Origin: an uncultured Nitrososphaerales archaeon
GTDB lineage: Archaea > Thermoproteota > Nitrososphaeria > Nitrososphaerales > Nitrososphaeraceae
Assembly: GCA_963841565.1 (NCBI GenBank)
Contig: CAWJCY010000005.1
Span: 1 to 44,630, forward strand
Direction of reading: 5' to 3'
DNA length: 44,630 nt
Made by a program: the position numbers and the translations under genes. The notes under the pieces were generated by a model, which did not search any database, was not told the origin of the DNA, and was given only the letters and a program-made list of their open reading frames with translations. Shown piece after piece: positions 9,477 to 18,456 of the stretch (the first letter of the stretch is position 1; the number at the start of each line of letters is the position of its first letter).

Positions 9477-10703
9477 ATGAAATCTGAATTCGCATTAATA
9501 TTATCGGCGATACTAGTTTTAGGTGGATTGGTACCTGGACTTACTTTGGGTTCACAGATAGCTTTTGCAGACGACGCTAGTGGCGGCGGTGAAAGTAGCG
9601 GCGGTGAAAGTAGCGGCGGTGAAAGTAGCGGCGGTGAAAGTAGCGGCGGTGAAAGTAGCGGCGGTGAAAGTAGCGGCGGTGAAAGTAGCGGCGGTGAAAG
9701 TAGCGGCGGTGAAAGTAGCGGCGGTGAAAGTAGCGGCGGTGAAAGTAGCGGCGGTGAAAGTAGCGGCGGTGAAAGTAGCGGCGGTGAAAGTAGCGGCGGT
9801 GAAAGTAGCATTAGTAGTAGCAGCGGCGATGGTGGCAGCACTGGCAGCACTTTACAAAGTAGTAGTACGAACTTTAGGGGCAGCGCTAGCAGCAGCGCTT
9901 TCGGTCTTCCTCCTCCAGGCGGCAGTAACGAAGATTTTGACTGGAAGTATGGCGATCCTGACTGGAAGTATGGCGATCCTGACTGGAAGTATGACGATCA
10001 TGACTGGAAGGACAAGGGTCATGATGACAAACACAAGGACAAGGGTCATGATGACAAACACAAGGACAAGGGTCATGATGACAAACACAAGGACAAGGGT
10101 CATGATGACAAACACAAGGACAAGGGTCATGACAAGGATTGCAAGGACAAGCGTCATGACAAGGATTGCAAGGACAAGCGTCATGACAAGGATAAGAATA
10201 AGCACCATGACAAGGATCATAAGAAAGATCACAATGGCGACGACAACAATAGTCATCATAACAACAATCATGACAAGAATTGCGACTATGACAAGAATGG
10301 CGACTATGAAAAGAATGGCGGCTATGACAAGGATGGAGACTATTGCGAATGCGACTACGACAAGGATGGCGACTACGACAAGGATGGCGACTACGACAAA
10401 TATGGTGACTATTGCGGTGATGGCGACCACAATGGCGACAACAATGGCGACCACAATGGCGACAACAATGGCGACCACAATGGCGACCACAACGGTGACG
10501 GTTCGGAAGCAGCTGCAGTAACGACAGCTAGCGGTACTGCATCATCATCTTCAGTTGCAGCTGGCGGTGTGGTAATTCAGGATGCGACTATTGGCAACGG
10601 AGCAGCATCAGCAGCAACTGACGGCATAGGAATAACACCAACGGGAATAACACCAACAGGAATAACACCTGCAAACGGCGGTTTAGCAGGAGCATTGTCC
10701 TAA
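9477..10703 (+). CDS. secreted low-complexity multi-repeat protein
   Basis: ATG at 9477. Signal peptide ending AFA, then GGESS x15, DWKYGDP, KDKGHDDKH, YDKxGD, GDHN/GDNN and GITPT repeats; T-rich terminator immediately after the stop. Confidence 0.85.
   Translation: MKSEFALILSAILVLGGLVPGLTLGSQIAFADDASGGGESSGGESSGGESSGGESSGGESSGGESSGGESSGGESSGGESSGGESSGGESSGGESSGGESSGGESSGGESSISSSSGDGGSTGSTLQSSSTNFRGSASSSAFGLPPPGGSNEDFDWKYGDPDWKYGDPDWKYDDHDWKDKGHDDKHKDKGHDDKHKDKGHDDKHKDKGHDDKHKDKGHDKDCKDKRHDKDCKDKRHDKDKNKHHDKDHKKDHNGDDNNSHHNNNHDKNCDYDKNGDYEKNGGYDKDGDYCECDYDKDGDYDKDGDYDKYGDYCGDGDHNGDNNGDHNGDNNGDHNGDHNGDGSEAAAVTTASGTASSSSVAAGGVVIQDATIGNGAASAATDGIGITPTGITPTGITPANGGLAGALS
9585..9809 (+). repeat. 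perfect 15-bp tandem repeat GGCGGTGAAAGTAGC x15
   Basis: 15 nucleotide-identical units counted directly. Confidence 0.95.
9939..10010 (+). repeat. 21-bp tandem repeat (DWKYGDP), about 3.4 copies
   Basis: GACTGGAAGTATGGCGATCCT x2, a variant copy, then GACTGGAAG. Confidence 0.9.
10008..10200 (+). repeat. 27-bp tandem repeat (KDKGHDDKH x4, then KDKxHDKDC variants)
   Basis: AAGGACAAGGGTCATGATGACAAACAC x4 followed by diverged units. Confidence 0.9.
10265..10500 (+). repeat. degenerate 18-bp (YDKDGD) and 12-bp (GDHN/GDNN) repeats
   Basis: Visible in both DNA and translation. Confidence 0.85.
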
Positions 10704-10707
10704 TACT

Positions 10708-10722
10708 CCCTTTTACTTTTTT
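10708..10722 (+). terminator. oligo-T archaeal terminator
   Basis: CCCTTTTACTTTTTT directly after the stop codon at 10703. Confidence 0.6.
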
Positions 10723-11291
10723 AACATGCTTCGAATATGCAAGAATTACGACCGTCCCTATAGACTGACCTATTGAATCGAATACGAATAATAGTCCAAT
10801 AGTATGATATTTTCGCTATGAACTCGTACTAAATATCACTTCTGCAAAACTTTGAGCCTTGACGACATGAAGATAGAATCTCTGACAGCTAAGTGCATCA
10901 TCCCGAGTTAAAGTCTTGAAATGCAATTCGAGCTCCAACCTTTTAGTCAATGAGACAACGAGACGATATTCTAATTATTCAGAGCTTACAATGGTTAGGC
11001 GTACAATTTCTGACACTCATGACAAGAGTAAGTAGGTCTACCCACATTACTCGTAATTCAGGTGTCTTCACTGCCGAAAAATACCCTTTAAATTAAATAT
11101 TCAAATTCGGTCAACAGGCAACAATATAAGGCCACATTAATTTAGTTGGGTAAATGCCAGGATTTTTTGGCGTAAATTGTCGAGGTTTAATTTACTGAAA
11201 AAACATCAAGACCAATTTTCTTAGACTAGCCGTGACCACCATGCCATTTGATAGGATTATCTATATATTGATTAAAGTTTAATCTCATTTC

Positions 11292-12629
11292 ATGGGTACC
11301 CAAATGAGTTCTGCTAGGCAGGGTCAAGCCACAGAAGAAATGATCCGTGTTTCTAAAGATGAAGGGATCAACCTAGAGACCCTAAAACACGGGGTGGCTA
11401 AAGGGAGTATAATTATTCCTAGAAATCTCGCCAGGAAGCAAGAGAATGTTCGGGTTGTTGGAATAGGAAATGGGTTAAAAACTAAAGTGAATGTGAATAT
11501 TGGAACTTCAACTTTATATCAAAATCTCGATGAGGAAATAACCAAAGCAAGAATTGCTGTAGATCACGGTGCAGATACCATAATGGATTTGTCAGATGGG
11601 GGCGACCTTGATCTAATAAGAGAAAAATTATTGGAAGAGGCACTGATAACTTTTGGCTCAGTACCGATTTATCAAGCATATGCATATGGCGTTCAGAAAT
11701 ACAAAAACCCACTTAATATTACCGAGGATGATTTTTTGAAGGCATTTGAAAAGAACGCTAAAGACGGAGTTGATTATACCACAATTCATTCTGGTATAAC
11801 TAAGGAGCTCGCAAAACGAGTATTGGAAGTCAGAAGACATGGCGGGATAGTTTCTAAAGGAGGTACCATAACAGCAGCATGGATGCTAAAGTATGAAAAA
11901 GAAAACCCTTATTTCAAACACTTCGACTATCTCTGTGAAATTGCCAGAGAGTATGATGTTACGTTCAGCTTGGGAGATGCATTACGTCCTGGATCGATAC
12001 TGGATTCCCATGATGAATTGCAGGTTGAAGAGATGTTGAATGTATCAAGACTTACAAAGAAAGCTCATGAACAAGATATTCAAGTTATGGTAGAAGGTCC
12101 GGGTCACGTTCCGCTGAATGAAGTTGCTGCAAATGTACGACTCGCGAAATCGCTCATAGGGAATGTTCCATATTATGTTCTAGGTCCTTTAGTAACAGAC
12201 ATAGCAGCCGGGTACGACCACATTGCTAGCGCGATTGGAGCCGCTGTTTCGGCCGCTGAAGGTGTTGACCTCCTTTGCTATTTGACACCCGCAGAGCACT
12301 TGGGACTGCCTACAGCCGACGAAGTAAAGGAAGGTCTAATAGCGTATAGAATTGCCGCACATGCAGGGGATCTTGTCAGGCTGCGTGAAAAAGTGATCAA
12401 TTGGGATAAAGAGATAACTGAGGCACGACGAACTCTGAATTGGGAAAAGCAGATATCACTGTCTATAGATCCTGAGCAGGCTGCCAAGATACATTACCGA
12501 CGGCAAGGCCAGCTAGATGGCAACAATGTGCCTTGTACTATGTGCGGAGGAGCTTGTGTATACATAATGTTACCACAACAACGTAGGAATGAAGAAGCAA
12601 TTGAGAAAAAAACTGGCAATGATGACTAG
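11292..12629 (+). CDS. thiC: phosphomethylpyrimidine synthase
   Basis: TKVNVNIGTS, GADTIMDLS, SLGDALRPGS, VMVEGPGHVP, GYDHIASAIG, LLCYLTPAEHL and C-terminal CTMCGGAC Fe-S motif. Confidence 0.97.
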   Translation: MGTQMSSARQGQATEEMIRVSKDEGINLETLKHGVAKGSIIIPRNLARKQENVRVVGIGNGLKTKVNVNIGTSTLYQNLDEEITKARIAVDHGADTIMDLSDGGDLDLIREKLLEEALITFGSVPIYQAYAYGVQKYKNPLNITEDDFLKAFEKNAKDGVDYTTIHSGITKELAKRVLEVRRHGGIVSKGGTITAAWMLKYEKENPYFKHFDYLCEIAREYDVTFSLGDALRPGSILDSHDELQVEEMLNVSRLTKKAHEQDIQVMVEGPGHVPLNEVAANVRLAKSLIGNVPYYVLGPLVTDIAAGYDHIASAIGAAVSAAEGVDLLCYLTPAEHLGLPTADEVKEGLIAYRIAAHAGDLVRLREKVINWDKEITEARRTLNWEKQISLSIDPEQAAKIHYRRQGQLDGNNVPCTMCGGACVYIMLPQQRRNEEAIEKKTGNDD

Positions 12630-13164
12630 AACCATTATGATTTCATTTATACCCCATGAGAGAATTTACTTAAATCGAGTCAGCTGTTACCAAAATCCTA
12701 TTCCAACTTGATCCACGAATTCAAACAGGAATAATTCTGCGAATTACTATGTTTTCGTGTAATAAAAATTCTTTGAAGAAGCATTACTATTGACAGTATC
12801 AGAATGCACACTACACTACTTGAGAAAATCTTTTTGAGAAACCTTATTGCGTCACCATTTATATCACAGTACGAATATCCAGGTTGACTATGAATCTTTG
12901 TTAGTATTGTATGTAAAATCCACAAATAATCTGATTATCAGTCTACTGATCAGTAGTTAAGGGAGCCACTGCATAGTAAATAAAATGGGCTATTCAACAT
13001 GGGTTTATGAACTGGCTGCTATAAAGTGTCAAGTGCCTTGTTTCATTCTACCAATTTGTTTGCAGTACAACACCGCTATCTCTCAGCCAGGTATTCCATA
13101 TGTTTAATGGAGCATACCCAGAGATCAGACATTATACCATCATATTTATTTGTCACGGATCTAA

Positions 13165-13740
13165 ATGAGAGACTTGTGTATGAGTGATAAAGCAGAACTA
13201 GTCTCTGTGGTGTATGATGCTATAAATGAGATTGGCAAACACAAGATCCGCTCGGACGTAATTTCAAATATAAAAATAGCCGATGAGTACATGATAAGCA
13301 TCTTCAATAAATCAACGGAACAATTCATCAACAGACAGGATAGCAATTCATTAATTACTATGTATGAGATATTACTGCACTTTATGCTCACAGCATGCAC
13401 TATTCCCTCCCAGCGAAAGGTCAAAATTTCACAACTCACCATTGATCTCGTTATACCTAATCTTCATATCTTGTCAAGAATTCCTGGTGATGCGATACTT
13501 GTACAGTTTATCCGGAGTGATAAAGATATGACAACAATCGATAAACTACTGTCCTTACTCGGGCTCAAAACTGAAGACCTGAATATGTGGTTAATTACAA
13601 CCTTAGATTTGCATGTAAAGGATACGACGCATGTTATTAACTTGAACAGTTCGAAGATCGATTGCTCATATATTATGAGAGATATTGATACCTTTTTGAA
13701 GGAGAGAAGGGATAAAAGCTTCAGATTAGTACACTTTTAA
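13165..13740 (+). CDS. hypothetical protein
   Basis: 191-aa ORF; LLHFMLT....PSQRKV....IDLVIP looks like a conserved alpha/beta core. Confidence 0.7.
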   Translation: MRDLCMSDKAELVSVVYDAINEIGKHKIRSDVISNIKIADEYMISIFNKSTEQFINRQDSNSLITMYEILLHFMLTACTIPSQRKVKISQLTIDLVIPNLHILSRIPGDAILVQFIRSDKDMTTIDKLLSLLGLKTEDLNMWLITTLDLHVKDTTHVINLNSSKIDCSYIMRDIDTFLKERRDKSFRLVHF

Positions 13741-14022
13741 TCTATAAGACTAGATGAATTATGTAACTAAGGAGACTAAATGAAAAGCATGTTATTCAAT
13801 ATTCAATCATTGTATTTTCTGTAAATGAAAAGTGATAGAATACTTCAAAATTCTGCGCGTTGCCTTATCAAGAATTTTCGATGCTCTCGTTCTGGATAAC
13901 ACTTTTCTTCTATAGATTGTCTATCCTCAATAAGTATACCATTAAAAGCAGATTTATTTCCAAGTAGTTACTTAAAATTTACCTAAATACTTGTATTCAT
14001 TTCTAATACTGGACATAGAAAA

Positions 14023-14292
14023 ATGAAAAACAGGGATAGAGCGGAAATAAATGCGATGATCCTTGACATTGCAAGCCACGGTAGAGTTACCAAGACAAAG
14101 ATAATGTACAGAGCATATCTATCGTATAACAAACTTGAAGAATACTTAACCGATCTGGGGGAAAGTGAGCTATTGGAAGTATATGAAGTTGGAGCTCAGA
14201 CCTATCGTACTACGGAAAAAGGAAAACGCTATCTAGAGATACATAGTAGAATGAATGAACTGATCTCTATCAATAGAGAAACAGTATATTGA
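14023..14292 (+). CDS. small winged-helix protein (HTH_45-like)
   Basis: RDRAEI..MILD...TKTKIMYRAYLSY..L.EYL..L...YRTTEKG; paralog of 7683..7979. Confidence 0.88.
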   Translation: MKNRDRAEINAMILDIASHGRVTKTKIMYRAYLSYNKLEEYLTDLGESELLEVYEVGAQTYRTTEKGKRYLEIHSRMNELISINRETVY

Positions 14293-14411
14293 ATTTGACC
14301 TGTACTAGGTTAGTGAAATATTTTAGTTAGTAAGGGAATCAGGAAAAGAATCGCTGGTGACAGGACTCAATACAAAGCCCAGATCCAAGGACTTTATTAT
14401 GCACAATAGAC

Positions 14412-15581
14412 TCATTCGTGGGGTAGAAAAAATTGGATTACTATACTTACGATATACATTGATAACAACATCATACCAGTCTTTAATCCTATTTCTTTTT
14501 TGAACATTGGTATTAAAGCTATTATCGTGACCACAGTCACAAGTACTACTTGAAATGCGAGTACTGGAGTCAATTCAATCACAGTAAAAAATCCTGCATG
14601 ATACATTGCTCCAAAAACCGCTACTGCGAGAAGCAACGTATTGTTTAGTATTTTAGATCCTAACACGTTGGCTATTGCAATGGATGCACCTAATGCGCCC
14701 TTTCTTGCAAGTATCATCAATGATATTTTCTCAGGCATTTCTCCGGCAATAGGGCTAATTACTACTGCAAGAATTATCGCAGAAACTCCTATATCAACTG
14801 AAAATCCTTCAAGTGCATGGATGAAAGGGCCTGCTCCTACTACGATTCCGATTGTTCCTGCCACAAATACCAATACGGATCTTAGTGTACGTCTTCTTAA
14901 TCTCGCAGTGTCGCTACTATTTCCGCTAAAGTCTTGCTTTTCCCTAATCGAATCCTTCGTACTACTTTTTAAAACCTCCTCTTGCTGCTTACTAATCTCA
15001 TTCGACATTCCTCTAGCTCTGACCAATGTATCATTTCTTTCTGATCTCATTTCAAACAGGGCTACTATAAGATACGCAATGAAGAATCCGGTGAAGATCA
15101 AACCATCCAAGAAATTATATCCATCAATGAACAGTAGTGCACTCACAATAGCAGTAACAAGCAGAAAAATCTTGTCTAGTTTGAAAGTACTGACATTGAT
15201 TCCCTTCAATGGAGATTTGGATATCCGGGTTGTTGCAATGATTAGCATAAGAGATAACCCCAGCGTCATCATCAATAGATTGCTTCCTAATCCTGCTCCT
15301 ATGGCTACTCCGTAAGATCCGGCTGCGGCAGCATAAATAACGATTGCAATTTCAGGGAGGGTCGTTGCCACACTTAAGATCGTCCTTCCTACAAACTTAG
15401 CACCGTATCTAGCTGAAAGGTGTTCGGCCCCATAGGAGAGAGCCCAGCTTGCAACGATTAATTCTGCTAACCAAATGACCATCGAAGTTAGATTTTCGGA
15501 ACTCAAAATAAGGCTCGCTATCTGATCTAAGTGATAATACCAATGTAATATATTGATTTCTTGTTCCATATGATCAAGCAT
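14412..15581 (-). CDS. sodium:calcium exchanger (CaCA) family membrane protein
   Basis: Two alpha-repeat-like motifs (SVATTLPE...GAGLGSNL; PIAGEMPE...ANVLGSKILN) and about 10 TM segments; true start may be 15482. Confidence 0.85.
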   Translation of the reverse strand: MLDHMEQEINILHWYYHLDQIASLILSSENLTSMVIWLAELIVASWALSYGAEHLSARYGAKFVGRTILSVATTLPEIAIVIYAAAAGSYGVAIGAGLGSNLLMMTLGLSLMLIIATTRISKSPLKGINVSTFKLDKIFLLVTAIVSALLFIDGYNFLDGLIFTGFFIAYLIVALFEMRSERNDTLVRARGMSNEISKQQEEVLKSSTKDSIREKQDFSGNSSDTARLRRRTLRSVLVFVAGTIGIVVGAGPFIHALEGFSVDIGVSAIILAVVISPIAGEMPEKISLMILARKGALGASIAIANVLGSKILNNTLLLAVAVFGAMYHAGFFTVIELTPVLAFQVVLVTVVTIIALIPMFKKEIGLKTGMMLLSMYIVSIVIQFFLPHE

Positions 15582-15968
15582 TATCTAAATAGCTATGATC
15601 GTAACGATGGAGCCTTAATAGTGCAACATATCTGGTGTCGTGATTTATACATAAAGTACCGAATTATTGAGCCTTCTCTCCCCGTATGAATTATTTTGGT
15701 ATTGAGCTGGGTATACTTATCTACTTTATACGAGCCATGCAAGTACTACGTGATTACCACACTAAGTAACAGAACCTTGAATTAGAACCCAGGACAGCTT
15801 CCCTCTTAAGTCTTCGGATCGATCTCTAGCAAGACACCGAACGTGGCAATTTCTTGCTAGATGCTGTAGGATAGTGACTTAAACTTCAAATTATAACTCT
15901 TCACATGCATATTTCATGCCAAAATTGACCTAGTACTGTCTAACCTTTTTATTACCTAAGGGTATAAA

Positions 15969-17138
15969 GTGCCATATATGCCAAATAAGGTTTGCGTCCT
16001 CGGTGCAGGTAGTACGAAATATGGTAAGCTAAATGAAAGTGTTGTAGAATTAGCGTTGGATGCCTCAAAGGATGCTATCACTTCTGCCGGTATAACCCCA
16101 AAGGAGATACAGTCAGGCTACATTTCAAATGTCTTTGGAGTTTCTGACAAGCAGGTTCATATGGCACCTGTTATAATGAGCAACTTAGGCATTCCTTATA
16201 CTCCAGGCCTAACCATAGAATCAGCATGTGGATCTGGCTCTGTAATGTTACGAGAAGCATATGCTAATGTTGCTGCAGGTTTTTATGACTGTATTTTGGC
16301 GGTAGGTGTTGAGAAAATCACTCAGGTAGGAACAGTTCAGAGTACTACACTTTTTTCATATTGTTCAGATTTCTTTTATGAGGGAGGAAATGGAGCTTCT
16401 TTTCCCGGGCTTTTCGCATCTATCGCGAGGGCTTATCTTACTAGGTACAAAGCAACAGAAGAAGATTTAGCTTATGTGGCGGTCAAGAATCATGAGAATG
16501 GAATACTTAACCCCAAAGCACATGTTCGTAAAATAATAACGATCGAAGATGTGATGCAATCTCCTGTCGTGGCATCTCCGCTAAAACTTTACGATTGTTG
16601 TCCATTCTCCGATGGCGCCTCCGCACTGATTCTTTGTAGCGAAGAATTTGCGAAGAAAAAGGGCAGAAGCTATATAGAAATAATTGGATCAGGCCGTGGT
16701 GCCTCCCCAGCCGCAGTACAATCGCGCGAGGACATTACAACTATACCCAGTACCGTAAATGCTGCCCGACAGGCGTATGAAATGGCAAAGATAACACCCA
16801 AAGATGTAGATTTTGCTGAAGTACATGATTGCTTTACCATTGCCGAAGTCATAGATACTGAGGACTTAGGCTTTTTTAGGAAAGGCGAAGCTGCAGAAGC
16901 CATAAGGTCTGGCGCCACAAAGAGGACAGGAGAGATTCCAATTAATCCATCAGGAGGATTAAAATCTAAAGGTCATCCGATCGGAGCTACAGGGATTGGT
17001 CAAGTTGTTGAAGTATTTGAACAATTTACAGGGAAGGCAGGAGAGCGAACAATACACGACGCAGAAATCGCAATTACCCATAACTTTGGTGCCACTGGGG
17101 CAAGTGCGACAGTACACGTTTTCAAGAAAGTTAAATGA
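15969..17138 (+). CDS. acetyl-CoA C-acyltransferase (archaeal thiolase)
   Basis: ESACGSG (catalytic Cys), VAVKNH, DCCPFSDGA, AEVHDCF, NPSGGL.SKGHPIGATG. Confidence 0.93.
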   Translation: MPYMPNKVCVLGAGSTKYGKLNESVVELALDASKDAITSAGITPKEIQSGYISNVFGVSDKQVHMAPVIMSNLGIPYTPGLTIESACGSGSVMLREAYANVAAGFYDCILAVGVEKITQVGTVQSTTLFSYCSDFFYEGGNGASFPGLFASIARAYLTRYKATEEDLAYVAVKNHENGILNPKAHVRKIITIEDVMQSPVVASPLKLYDCCPFSDGASALILCSEEFAKKKGRSYIEIIGSGRGASPAAVQSREDITTIPSTVNAARQAYEMAKITPKDVDFAEVHDCFTIAEVIDTEDLGFFRKGEAAEAIRSGATKRTGEIPINPSGGLKSKGHPIGATGIGQVVEVFEQFTGKAGERTIHDAEIAITHNFGATGASATVHVFKKVK

Positions 17139-17144
17139 ACTAAT

Positions 17145-17543
17145 TTGTCTGACTCTAGGGATCCAAATCAAGTCATGAACAGGAGAAACAGGTTCATAGA
17201 AGCAGCTAGTCGTGGAAAGATTCTGGCAAATAAATGTGCAAAATGCAATTATTCCACTCTTGAAACAGCATATTTCTGTGAAAAGTGCTCGTCCGATGTA
17301 TTTACTACAGAGGAATACGACGGGCTGGGCAATGTGGTTACATTCACAATTCAATCTGTTGCCCCAGAGGGATTTACTGATGCGGGCTTATATGCATGGG
17401 TCGTTTTTAAAGTTGATGGCGCCCCTTTCAATGTGTCTGGATTTCTTAAGGATACTCATGCGCCATCAGATTTACCAATCGGTTCAAAAGTGCAAGTGAC
17501 TGGTTTTGACGAGAAACATGGGTTGCTTTTAAAGCGTGTTTGA
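17145..17543 (+). CDS. DUF35 Zn-ribbon/OB-fold thiolase partner
   Basis: CAKC...CEKC followed by OB-fold-like strands; 6 bp downstream of the thiolase. Confidence 0.88.
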   Translation: MSDSRDPNQVMNRRNRFIEAASRGKILANKCAKCNYSTLETAYFCEKCSSDVFTTEEYDGLGNVVTFTIQSVAPEGFTDAGLYAWVVFKVDGAPFNVSGFLKDTHAPSDLPIGSKVQVTGFDEKHGLLLKRV

Positions 17544-17720
17544 TACATTGTAATAATACCTCTCGTGAACCGCCTTCGCGTTCATAATCCATCAGTCGAT
17601 TGATCAAGAAGCAAACCTGCATTTTATGTGATTTGCCTAGAACAGGAAATCCTTTAGCTTAGCTTAAACAAATTTGTAGGTACATAGAATTTAACATTTG
17701 TTTTTACATCACATTTTTTA

Positions 17721-18362
17721 ATGTATTTGCGACAGATGGAACAGCATCGTCAGCGATTCAGTGGAGAGATTACAAACGCAAGTGCAGTTGTAAATACCCA
17801 ACTTTCTAAACTGACTATGCTGGAGAAAAAATTCTCGAACATGGATGATAAATTCAGCAATGAAATTTCCAATCTTATGAAGAATGGTAACAACGCGCGG
17901 GCAAAAGCACTTGCAAACGAACTCGTGAACATTCGACGAATAAAGAATATTACTCGAAACATGAACCTTACACTAGAGATGCTAGTAATCAGGTTTAGCA
18001 CTCTCAAAGATTTTGGGATGATTATGGATACTATTGAACCTACAGTAGATATGATAAAGAATATTCAGCTTGATATATCAGCCATCGTGCCTGCCGCAAA
18101 CGGAGTACTCTCCGAAATGTCTGAGATTTCATCTGAGGTTCTAGATGAAAGCACGAAGATAGACGGAAACTATGCAATCCCAACTAGTGTAGATTCCGAT
18201 GCACTGGATATCCTAACAGAAATCGAGTCAGTAATGGAACAGGATGCTAAAACAAAATTACCTGAAATACCTACAGAGATAAACGAAACAATAATCCAAT
18301 CAACCGATAATATTAAGATGAGGAGCTTATTGAAGGAAAGTCGGGTACTTGTCGAAACTTGA
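17721..18362 (+). CDS. ESCRT-III / Snf7 family (CdvB-like paralog)
   Basis: Long helical hairpin, RAKALANELVNIRRIK, LE....RFSTLKDFG, acidic C-terminus DALDILTE...KLPEIP. Confidence 0.8.
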   Translation: MYLRQMEQHRQRFSGEITNASAVVNTQLSKLTMLEKKFSNMDDKFSNEISNLMKNGNNARAKALANELVNIRRIKNITRNMNLTLEMLVIRFSTLKDFGMIMDTIEPTVDMIKNIQLDISAIVPAANGVLSEMSEISSEVLDESTKIDGNYAIPTSVDSDALDILTEIESVMEQDAKTKLPEIPTEINETIIQSTDNIKMRSLLKESRVLVET

Positions 18363-18456
18363 ATAAATAGCAGAAGCTAAGGTAGGCCATATTATATCGA
18401 TAGTAAAATATAATTTACAAAGTAGTTTTAATTGTCTAGGCTGAATATCGGGTGCA

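Noticed and set aside
9416-10521. Alternative-frame and antisense ORFs 9416..9850, 9565..10521, 9852..10490
   Set aside because: They stay open only because the tandem repeats lack stops; the 9477 frame has the signal peptide and terminator.
11040-11291. TPP riboswitch upstream of thiC
   Set aside because: Only vague fragments; no CUGAGA or ACCUGA...GGGA core and no convincing stems.
12698-12925. 75-aa minus-strand ORF after thiC
   Set aside because: Non-ATG start, no recognisable motif, composition like AT-rich intergenic DNA.
14641-15315. 224-aa + strand ORF
   Set aside because: Antisense shadow of the Na+/Ca2+ exchanger.
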